Translations under genes and position numbers: made by a program
From: Octopus bimaculoides
Taxonomy: Eukaryota
Length of the DNA: 35,002 nt
NCBI RefSeq assembly: GCF_001194135.2
Contig: NC_068986.1
Coordinates: 11,882,436 to 11,917,437 of the forward strand
Direction of reading: 5' to 3'
The notes under the pieces: generated by a model
The model's database searches: none
Told to the model about the DNA's origin: nothing
The model's input: the letters and a program-made list of their open reading frames with translations, nothing else
In this document: piece by piece, positions 10,855 through 20,919 of the stretch
Position numbering within the stretch: position 1 is the stretch's first letter
How the letters are laid out: every line of letters begins with the position of its first letter

Positions 10855-11041
10855 TAATTTAGGCTGAAGGCCAGCAGTTTTGAAGGGATTAGTCGATACC
10901 ATTAATCCAAGTACTTGATTGGTGCTTTATATCATCAATCCCGTTGGTCTCGGCGGGATTTGAACCCAGAACCTAAAGATCTGGAAGAAATGCAGCAAAT
11001 AATTTTTTCCGATGCTCTAACGATTCTGCCAATCCATCGCC
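10855..11041 (-). mobile_element. SINE family B
   Basis: Minus strand GGCGATGGATTGGCAGAATCGTTAGAGC...GGGTTCAAATCCCGCCGAGACC. Confidence 0.75.
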
Positions 11042-11059
11042 CTTTTTATTGTTTCTGAG

Positions 11060-11250
11060 TTGGACAGGGGATCAGCAGTTTTAAGGGGGGGGGGGGGTTA
11101 ATCTATAGCGTTGACCCTAGTACTTGACTGGTACTCTGTTTTATTAGCTCCCGAGGGAAGAAAAGCAAAGCCGGCTTCGGCCGGATTTGATCTCAGAGCG
11201 TAACGAGTCGGAAAAAAATACTGCAAGGCATTTCTCTGGACTCTTTACGT
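11060..11250 (-). mobile_element. SINE family B
   Basis: Minus strand ...TGCAGTATTT...CTGAGATCAAATCCGGCCGAAGCCGGCTTTGC...AGTACCAGTCAAGTACT. Confidence 0.7.
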
Positions 11251-11257
11251 TCTACCA

Positions 11258-11301
11258 CCTCAACAACAGCAGCAGCAGCAGCAACAACAACAACAACAAC
11301 A

Positions 11302-11381
<80 letters not shown>

Positions 11382-11405
11382 AGTAGGAGCAGCAACAACA
11401 ACAAC
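11258..11405. repeat. Compound trinucleotide array CAG-CAA-CTA-CGA
   Basis: Direct reading. Confidence 0.95.
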
Positions 11406-11947
11406 AAAAATTATTCTTTTAAAAAATAATATTTTATCGAAACAAATTTTGTTTTTCAAAATATAATTTCCGGTCTGGTAATTGATGATTCTTTACAGAA
11501 ACCAAATTTCTTTTTTGTTTTTGTTTTTGAATGAAGGATGAGAAACTGGCAGCTGTTATATTTTGGGCTGGTTTTAAATTCTTAGAATTGCAGCTGCCAA
11601 AAATATTGTTTTTAAAATAGTCAAAGAACAACAAATATAAAGGAAGAATTTCTCTAAAAATGGTTACATATTATGATGGATGTATTACAAAGGTGCATGT
11701 CTTTAGAATTCTTGCATGAAAGATGCTAAGTGTAGGCTGTGTAGCATAAGCAGCGGCTTTGCCGTTATTGTCCAATATTTGCCATGTGTAATATGTAAAA
11801 TATCTCTTTTACAGATGCCCATAGAAAATATTTCTTTTACAGATGCCCACAGAAAAGACGCAGTGGAAATGAGTCAAGTTATTCCGTAGAAAAAAAATAT
11901 TTGGAATAATTTTCGAATTATCTACCATTAAGTATTTGAAAAATGTT

Positions 11948-12030
11948 GACCATATTTACTCATGAATAAGTCGCATTCGTGCATAAGACGCACCCACTAA
12001 ATTTGTGCTAAATTTCAGTATAAAACACTC
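11948..12030 (+). mobile_element. Possible pogo/Tigger-type DNA transposon terminus
   Basis: ACCATATTTACTCATGAATAAGTCGCA...ATAAGACGCACC resembles pogo-family TIRs (TACCGTATTT...TATAAGACGCAC). No partner end found. Confidence 0.45.
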
Positions 12031-12129
12031 CAGCTTTTTCAGTTTACATCAAGTTAAATATAATGCCACTAATATACGAATAAATGAGTATTTTGGAAAA
12101 AAAAAAAATCCGTTAAATATTCAGTTTTC

Positions 12130-12477
12130 CTTTTATTCGTTTATTTGTGTCAGTCATTGGACTGCGACCATGCTGGAGTACTGCTTTGATCCTGGTATTT
12201 CATCTTTTTAAAGTCTGCTATTTATTCTACGGACCACTCTGGACAAAAATAAACTAACACTGGTTGTCAAGCGAACACACTGACACGAACACACACGTAT
12301 ACATATACATAGACATACAGGACGGGCTTCCACACAGTTTCCAGCTACCAAATTCACTCACAAGGCATTGGACGGCTCGGGGCTATAGTAAAAGTCACTT
12401 ACCGAAGGTGCCCCGCAGTGAGACTGAAACCGGAACCTAGTGATCACATAGCGAAATTCTTAACCACACAGCCATGC
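12130..12477 (-). mobile_element. SINE family A (long form)
   Basis: Minus strand GCATGGCTGTGTGGTTAAG...GGTTTCAGTCTCACTGCGGGGCACCTTCGG. Body shared with 3860-4198. Confidence 0.85.
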
Positions 12478-13019
12478 TTTCACCCATTCTATTCTGAACA
12501 AAAACGACCCACTTTCTAGATGCAAGTATGGTTTTCGCAGGAACCATTCAATACACGGAACCATTCAATACACGGTGCTCTTACCTAGAATACGAAATGG
12601 TACACCAAGTGTTCCGCACTTATCTCTCTCATAGATATAAATTTGTTGAGTGACACTTATACGTTTACTCAAGAGAGGTGGAATGGACTCTGGCACTAGA
12701 AATAGGGTTCTTTGACACATGTCGCTCCTCTTCTTCGGAAATTAGTTACAGCAATTTCTACAAGTAGGCGCAGTATATTTGATAATAGCTATTTTCTCTG
12801 TTATTTTACCATTATTTTCCGTCAATGTCTTGCAATTGCCTACAGGTACAGTAATTTCGGTGGCGTCGATTTTGCGTCACTGAATCGACGCTGACTTATT
12901 TGACCTCGACCTTTTTATGTTTCGTTTTAATGTCTCTCGTTCTCTCCCTACCTCACTCACTCACTCACTTTGTCTATTATGTTCGATTAATGAATTGTAA
13001 TGTCTCTCTCTATCTCTCC

Positions 13020-13402
13020 CTCTGTCTCTCTCACTCTTTCTATCTGTATGTGTATATTTCTGCGCGCGTGTATATATGTGTATATATATATATGTATGAG
13101 TGTGTGTGTGCATGCATGTGTGTGTGTATGTGTGTGAGTGTGTGTGTGTGTATGTGTGTGAGTGTATGGGTGTGTTTATCTCCAGTGCTAACAAGTACTG
13201 TCACCAAAAGAGGTTGAATGTCCAGTCAACCATGCCTAATCGCTGGCACCCAAATAGCTGCGCTCAATAGTCTCATTGCATATATCTATGCGTTCTAGTT
13301 GCTGTTTATCTTCCTCCCCCTCTCTCTCACACACACATACACATACGCACTCTCACACACAAACTCTCTCTCTCTCTCCCTCTCTCTCACACACACACAC
13401 TT

Positions 13403-13442
<40 letters not shown>

Positions 13443-13445
13443 GCG
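13020..13445. repeat. Compound CT/TG/CA microsatellites
   Basis: Direct reading (13020-13175 and 13320-13445). Confidence 0.85.
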
Positions 13446-13939
13446 CGTTAATTTTCTCCAATGAATTGTCACATAAATTGTATAACTGAATTATGAGTAA
13501 TCTCAAGCACATAATAAAACCTCGCCAAACTATTTCTTTTGTGTGTTTACAATATTAAAAGTTGCCAACCGAAATACACCAGCAACTCTTAGACAACCAG
13601 TCAACCTGGTCTTACTCTATAAACACTTTTTGTTGCATGCCATCTCTTCACAGTACCGCAACAAAACTCACACATTATCGGTTAGAAAACTAAATCGATT
13701 TTACCTCCCGCTTCTCTTTCACGAGACATTTTGATCTTGCGCGGGTCTGTTATTCTCAGGACAGTTTTTGCTTATCTTTTTTCTATTTAAAATATATTCT
13801 CTATCAGACAAACACGATAAGGGTGTATTAATATACATGCCGAAGGATTGGTTGTTGATTCATGTCATGTTACTGAGTTAAGTTGCGCATAGTATAAGCA
13901 TAACTAAATCCTTTCGTTTTTATTCAGTCAGAATGATTT

Positions 13940-14430
13940 TAGCTAGTTCTAAAATTTCTAAACAAGATATAAGAAGTAACAATACTGGACGGTAATATTG
14001 TTTGCCACAATAACATGGCTGTTCTATACAGAACTGTGTTACGACATTTTAACCCCAGGGAATCGTCTTTTCCAGCAGGTTAACGACACACAACCTGTGT
14101 CTGATATATTGTGAGCAAGGGAGCGAATCACTCCCCTCCAGCTTGGCCAGACCAGTAGACCATGGTTTCTGGGTCTTTACCTGTTATCGGTACTGGATAC
14201 CTGCCTGCTAGAGATGGCAGTCAATCGTCCCTACTCACAATATATAAACAGAGAAGCAGCAGACAATCGCTGATCTCATAAGGAGCAAAGTAGATAATTC
14301 TAAAAATCTCTCAACGAGATATAAGTTGTAACAATACTAGACGGTGACATTTTTTTTGCCACTATAACATGGCTGATCTATAAAGAACCAAGTTACTACA
14401 TTTTAACCTCAGGAAAACGTCTTTTCAAGG
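13940..14430. repeat. Imperfect ~135 bp direct repeat pair (13940-14075 and 14290-14430)
   Basis: Shared blocks AGATATAAG..GTAACAATACT.GACGGT, TTTGCCAC.ATAACATGGCTG.TCTATA and ACATTTTAACC.CAGG.AA.CGTCTTTTC. Confidence 0.8.
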
Positions 14431-15529
14431 ATTTTGTTCAACAGGTTCTGGCCGGGGAAGATACGACACAACTCCTTTCGACTGTGCAAATACCTCTAGA
14501 GGAAGGTGGAAGTATACAATTATTTGTAGTTATAGTTTTCACGTATACTGACTATAGAAAATAGTCTTATATTGGAACATATAAACCCACCTCAGAAAAA
14601 TTTAAAAAGGGTATTAGTACACCCTTGTGCAGTAACCCATTTTTTCTCGTCATGGGTACATGTGCCCCAATATCAGAATATGTGTTATTGTCAATATATT
14701 CGATGAAAACTGATATTTACGAAAATGTTTACAAAGTGGTGCTCCAGCATGACCACAGTCCAATGACTGAAACTAGTAAAAGGATAAACATGTTATCGTT
14801 TCTTAACTTATGCAGAATTCGCACGTGTCTACTCCTCGTGGCGTAAGTGCAGGAACGAAATTTGCTTAGATGTGTAAATACAGGTCCAGTCCAAGGTGTT
14901 CAAAGCGTTTTCATTGCCTCTTCCCCAGAATTATAGGGCGGGGTGGACGGCAGCGCGTGTACCCCCTGCATTCCCTATTCCCGAGCCTTTAACTTGTGGG
15001 AAAAAAAATTAGCTTTCAAAGTTTATCTTGTGGGTGTAACTTGCTAAACTGACTTGATTACGATATGCTGCATGCGGACAGGGCCAAGACGCTCTCTTCT
15101 GAAGTTTCTCGGTATCTTCTGGGTAGACAACTCCATCTAAACGAATCATTGAGACGTTCACTTCTTTTCAATGGCGTTGCCTTGTAATCCAAAGAAATAC
15201 ATTTTAACTTTCAACGAGTGACACCAGTTAAATGTAAATGAGAAAAAAAAAATGAGAGAAATAAGAGGCAGTGGTGTGGGTTAAAGAAATAAAGTACCAG
15301 CCTTACTCTGGAATCCATTCTTCTCCTTTATCTACCTCGTCCTTTCTGTCTGCCTCTTTCTTTCCTCTGGGAAAAAAATCTGTGATGATGGAGGTGAGGG
15401 GAAACAGATACACAAATACATACATACGTACATATATCTTCACCCACATAATGTGTTGTTATCTGTTTGGTGGGATATGAAAGGTTTAGTCCACTTTGAA
15501 CTTTGAAAACCCAAACCAAACGATAACAA

Positions 15530-15905
15530 AGACTGCGAGCAGCTTGAACGGTTTAAGTCAGCGCCAGAAGAACAACGACCATCCTTGGTTTCAAGACGAA
15601 AGGTGTTCTTCCATCAGGATAATATTGGGCCACATAGAGCAAAGTTGACATTCCAGAGGCTGAAGTAGTTTGAATGGGAAACGATGCCCCACCCACTATA
15701 TTCGCTGGACATTGTTCCGTCTGATTATCATTTATTCCGTAGTCTTCAAAATCATTTGGACGGAAAAAAATATGAATTCCGTAGACAATGCCAGAACAGT
15801 AGTGGAAGAGCATTGTAGAAAATGAATGAGATTAACTTTGTTTATCTTGATTTTGAAAAATAAAAGCAGTAAAAAAAAACCTCATTATTTATGGGATGTG
15901 CATAC
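15530..15905 (+). mobile_element. Mariner (DD34D) transposase remnant with 3' terminus
   Basis: Translation VFFHQDNIGPH (HDNARPH motif) ...MPHPLYSLDIVPSDYHLFRSLQNHL (HPPYSPDLAPSDY motif), with an in-frame stop. TIR-like AAAACCTCATTATTTATGGGATG near 15880. Confidence 0.85.
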
Positions 15906-16571
15906 ACCTACGCAGACACATGAAGGTATATTAAACATATGCAAGCACACACTACGCATATTTATATTTTAAGTTGGAAAATTAAGCGCAACAAGCAAGC
16001 TGCAATATGCATGCATGTATATATAAATGTGTGTGTGCACCCACATATTATGCACACACTTGTTCTTTGTGTGGTGCAGTTTAAAATTAAAGTTTGTCAT
16101 GTGAACAACCGAAGCCGTCGTAAACAAGACAAGGACCATATGACTAGATGTTACGTGATAGCTTAAGGCGACACCTCTTGTTTACATATGCGTATTTTAC
16201 ACCACATATCTTTTCTCTGCTGCCTATTACGTTTGGCCACAATGACATTAATGCATAACTGAAGGATTACCGTCTTTGCCCAACCTATTTAATTTCGGTT
16301 AAATGTTTTTGTTCGTGTCTTCCCTTACATTGCATTCAAATCTCTGTCTGTCTCTCCTGCCCCCTCTCTCTTTCTCTCACTTCTTACATACGCACACTCT
16401 CACATTATATGTACATTTGTTTGGGTTTCGCTATATGTATACATCCATACGCCATCATTTTATTTTTAATCGGTACAAGTTACAAAAGCGACTCAAAGGC
16501 CAAGAGTTTCAGGCAAGGCACTCATCGAACTTTATTAGATAAGTTCATTATCGAAATAAGTGAGATAAGTG

Positions 16572-16578
16572 CCCTGCA

Positions 16579-16655
<77 letters not shown>

Positions 16656-16660
16656 CATCT
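16572..16660. repeat. (CTAT)n microsatellite abutting LINE insertion
   Basis: Direct reading. Confidence 0.95.
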
Positions 16661-16667
16661 GTGCCTT

Positions 16668-18003
16668 ATCCCGACCCTACCATCACCAAGCTGGAACGCA
16701 TACTCTTCCGCTTCTTGTGGAAAGAAAGCGTTCCGATGGTTTGGCGATCCATTTGCTGTCAACACCCGCTAAATGGAGGGCTAGGCATGCCGTGGTTGAT
16801 GATGCGCAGACATGCGCTGAGACTGCGACATTTCCGGCGCTTCATAGACGACAGTGAACAGGTGTGGTCGCCGTTTGTGCGGCGCGCTTTCCCGCAGCTC
16901 GTCTCCTTGGCCGAACTGCAGTCGTGGATCAAATAGAGACCGAGGCTAGGCGAATGGCACTGCGAGTGTCGCGTTGCTCCCAACCGAGTTTGCCGTCCGG
17001 GACTAAACTTGTGCGACTTNNNNNNNNNNNNNNNNNNNNNNNNNNNNNNNNNNNNNNNNNNNNNNNNNNNNNNNNNNNNNNNNNNNNNNNNNNNNNNNNN
17101 NNNNNNNNNNNNNNNNNNNNNNNNNNNNNNNNNNNNNNNNNNNNNNNNNNNNNNNNNNNNNNNNNNNNNNNNNNNNNNNNNNNNNNNNNNNNNNNNNNNN
17201 NNNNNNNNNNNNNNNNNNNNNNNNNNNNNNNNNNNNNNNNNNNNNNNNNNNNNNNNNNNNNNNNNNNNNNNNNNNNNNNNNNNNNNNNNNNNNNNNNNNN
17301 NNNNNNNNNNNNNNNNNNNNNNNNNNNNNNNNNNNNNNNNNNNNNNNNNNNNNNNNNNNNNNNNNNNNNNNNNNNNNNNNNNNNNNNNNNNNNNNNNNNN
17401 NNNNNNNNNNNNNNNNGTGTTATCGAGAAGCATTACATTTCGGGATAAGCTCTACATGTACGGTTCGAGACTCAACAGACCGACTTACCCGAGATGCGGT
17501 CAGAGCGACGAAACCGTTCTGCGCGCACTCGTGCAGTGTCCAACGATTTCGGACCTGTGAGCTTATGCTGAACGGCTGCTGTCACGTGTGGGACGAGTCC
17601 GCCTATCGGCCCAGTCTATCGTGACAGTAGCTCCGCTACCTTCCCTCAACCGGGAAGGCAAGGCAGTCTTCATCGTACTGGTGGCCATGATGAAAGAATG
17701 TGTGTGGTGGGCTCGAGCGAAAGGATTAGAGACAAAGGATTATTTTCAGCAGCAGAGGCAACTTTCGGGCCGGGACCTATGGACAATCACCAAAGATCCC
17801 TGGCCTGGCAGTGTTATCGAGAAGCATTACATTTCGGGATAAGCTCTACATGTACGGTTCGAGACTCAACAGACCGACTTACCCGAGATGCGGTCAGAGC
17901 GACGAAACCGTTCTGCGCGCACTCGTGCAGTGTCCAACGATTTCGGACCTGTGGGCTTATGCTGAACGGCTGCTGTCACGTGTGGGACGAGTCCGCCTAT
18001 CGG
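16668..18003 (+). mobile_element. L1/Tx1-like LINE ORF2 C-terminal fragment, gapped and partly duplicated
   Basis: FRFLWKESVPMVWRSICCQHPLNGGLGMP (FxW...PxxxGGLG post-RT motif) and a degenerate zinc knuckle YPRCGQSDETVLRALVQCP. 17417-17607 recurs at 17811-18001. Confidence 0.8.
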
Positions 18004-18038
18004 ATCCATTCTTGGATCTCATCTTGAACAGCGTTGAA

Positions 18039-18233
18039 TTAAAACCAAATTGCGCCACAAATGACAGCCTTTACAATTTCTACTTTCCCATGGCAACGGT
18101 ACATAGTTTCTCCCTCAAATTCTTCATTATCAACCTCAATCTCGTCGACATCAGCTTCAAACTTGTCATCGTCAGCGTCAATTTCATTATCGTCAGTTTC
18201 AATTACATTGTCTTCCAGCTCGATATCTTCATC
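18039..18233 (-). other. Acidic 64-codon open frame without Met start (candidate exon 18075-18232, or transposase remnant)
   Basis: DEDIELEDNVIETDDNEIDADDDKFEADVDEIEVDNEEFEGETMYRCHGKVEIVKAVICGAIWF*. 24 of the first 42 residues are D/E. TTTAAG| acceptor and possible |GTAAAG donor. Confidence 0.35.
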
Positions 18234-18289
18234 TTAAACTTAAACGTCGCCAGCCTTAGAATAGAGCGTAAATATAGTGATTGACATTG

Positions 18290-18790
18290 TGTTCACATTG
18301 GGTTTGGAAGGTGATTGTGTTGAGAAGTTTGCTTCTGGGTTCAATTCCACTGTGTGGCACCTTGGGAAAAGCCAGCCTTGTGGGTGGATTTGGTAGCCGG
18401 AAACCGAAAGAAATCCGCCGTATATATNNNNNNNNNNAGACCAGGCATTGTGAGTGTTTATTGAGCGAAAACGCCTAAAGCTCCACGAGGTTCGGCAGTG
18501 GGGTGGTGGTGAACCCTGCTGTACTCTTTCACCACAACTTTCTCTCACACTTTCTTCCTGTTTCTGTTGTACCTGTATTTCAAAGGGGTCAGCCTTATCA
18601 CACTCTGTATTACGCTGAATCTCCCTGAGAACTACGTTAAGGGTACACATGTCTGTGGAGTGCTCAGCCACTTGCACGTAAATTTCACGAGCAGAATGTT
18701 CCGTTGATCGGACCAACTGGAACCCTCGTCGTCGTAACCGATAGAGTGCTCTCTCTGGACAGCAGCGAAAACCTGTTGATCAGAGTTTGT
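18290..18790 (+). mobile_element. SINE family A-derived long repeat
   Basis: GGGTTCAATTCCACTGTGTGGCACCTTGGGAAAAG...GTGGATTTGGTAG.CGGAAAC matches family A. The downstream body (18440-18790) is assigned only tentatively. Confidence 0.65.
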
Positions 18791-20025
18791 TACAACTGCT
18801 ACGGTAACGACCTCAATCGTTCATAAAAGAAAAAAAAAATCACTATTTCCTATACATACTTCCCAGAATGCAATTCAATGAAGCCCCAATTGACCTTTGT
18901 TTTTGCCTGCAGAAAAGTAGGTTAGAGAAGAGGCTAAAAAACGAATAAAATGCAGTCGAAGTCACAGCTTGGAGTATTGATTCAACAAACAATGACCTTT
19001 AGATATCTTTTGATGAGCTACATCCTAAAGTATGGAAATCCAATCATTTTACATTAAAACATCCATTAAAAATTTTACATTCACACACACACGCGCTGCA
19101 TGCGCACGCACTCCAATATTAGTATTTTTCGTTTGTGTATTAAATTGGTATATANNNNNNNNNNNNNNNNNNNNNNNNNNNNNNNNNNNNNNNNNNNNNN
19201 NNNNNNNNNNNNNNNNNNNNNNNNNNNNNNNNNNNNNNNNNNNNNNNNNNNNNNNNNNNNNNNNNNNNNNNNNNNNNNNNNNNNNNNNNNNNNNNNNNNN
19301 NNNNNNNNNNNNNNNNNNNNNNNNNNNNNNNNNNNNNNNNNNNNNNNNNNNNNNNNNNNNNNNNNNNNNNNNNNNNNNNNNNNNNNNNNNNNNNNNNNNN
19401 NNNNNNNNNNNNNNNNNNNNNNNNNNNNNNNNNNNNNNNNNNNNNNNNNNNNNNNNNNNNNNNNNNNNNNNNNNNNNNNNNNNNNNNNNNNNNNNNNNNN
19501 NNNNNNNNNNNNNNNNNNNNNNNNNNNNNNNNNNNNNNNNNNNNNNNNNNNNNNNNNNNNNNNNNNNNNNNNNNNNNNNNNNNNNNNNNNNNNNNNNNNN
19601 NNNNNNNNNNNNNNNNNNNNNNNNNNNNNNNNNNNNNNNNNNNNNNNNNNNNNNNNNNNNNNNNNNNNNNNNNNNNNNNNNNNNNNNNNNNNNNNNNNNN
19701 NNNNNNNNNNNNNNNNNNNNNNNNNNNNNNNNNNNNNNNNNNNNNNNNNNNNNNNNNNNNNNNNNNNNTATATATATATATATGTATGTATGTATGTATA
19801 TATTAATAGTAATGGTAAGACAACAAAAGAGACCTCGATATTATGTAAATAGAGGAATTTATCTTTAATATATTAATCGGATACGGATTACTATGAGCAT
19901 TTTTACTCTTTTACTTTAGTTTTTCCCTTATTTAACGGTCATTCTAATAGCTCTTTTGTCTTAATAATGGTCAATTACATAGTAGTTTCCCTTTGTTTAA
20001 CGGTCATTTTTATAGCATACTTTGA

Positions 20026-20092
20026 TTGCCTCGATAACTGAAGAGATGCGGAGCAGGTTTCCGCCCCGATATCCGGAGTTTTATTATGGCAA
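20026..20092 (+). ncRNA. Degenerate type I hammerhead-like motif (probably inactive)
   Basis: ATAA-CTGAAGA-G..GCGGAG(CAGGT)TTCCGC..C-GATA-TCCGGA-GTT-TTAT. Stem I ATAA/TTAT plus TTGCC/GGCAA. GAAA is mutated to GATA, and the stem III loop TCCGGA is palindromic. Confidence 0.4.
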
Positions 20093-20421
20093 CCGAATAA
20101 TTGTCACATATTATATTACACTCCACCACACACATAACAAATGAAAGACAGAAGATGGAATATACGAGAATTTATTATTAAACTTGACAATTGTTTCGAC
20201 ACATCTAACATCGATTCCTCTTGTGGGACACTCAACAACTGGTTCAGGAGTATCCGGTGGTGCAGATGTATCTCGTCGGGTAATAAATAAATAAAGACAA
20301 CTCGTTAAAATGACTGTTCCACAATGTAACTTTCTGTTTTGTAGAGAGAAAAACTGCTAGACAGAGGAAAAATCTTCATACATATAGAAGATCTAAAATA
20401 AAATTGCAGAAAACAAAAAGT

Positions 20422-20565
20422 GGTGGAAATAGCACAGAAGTAAGTCTAAGACATTTCAATTTAAGAGGGAATTTAATAATTCTTTATATAATTCTTTATA
20501 TAATTTTATATTAAATTCCCTCTTAAATTGAAATGTCTTAGACTTACTTCTGTGCTATTTCCACC
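20422..20565. repeat. Perfect 57 bp inverted repeat with 30 nt AT-rich spacer
   Basis: 20422-20478 is the exact reverse complement of 20509-20565 (checked base by base). Confidence 0.95.
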
Positions 20566-20919
20566 TCTATCTTATATATCTCTATATTTATATCTATAAT
20601 GTATAAGAAGGAAGATGTGTGTATGTATGTGTGTGTGCGGTGTGTGTGTGTGACAGGCCATTTATTTGAACCCACTTAAAATCAATATTTTTCATCCGAT
20701 TTCGTCCACGCTTGGCACATACATCATTTACGTTCCACAGATGGTTCTACACTCCTTAGACTTTCCACTTATGGAGTAATGGAGCTTCTAGGGTCAGTAA
20801 GGGTAAGAAAATCTCCCATTTCTCTTGTACAGTTACTATTGTTGAAAAGGGAGGTAACTCTTTGCGAAGTAACAATCAGAAATTGATTGTCTCCTTTACA
20901 TTTGTACCTCACCCTATGC

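Noticed and set aside
12532-12575. 17 bp tandem duplication GGAACCATTCAATACAC
   Set aside because: An ordinary slippage duplication with no further structure.
14812-15190. Several splice-like sites and short open frames (27 nt AG|...|GTAAGT segment; MLHADRAKTLSSEVSRYLLGRQ)
   Set aside because: Frames on both strands are equally plausible and cannot be assigned without RNA data.
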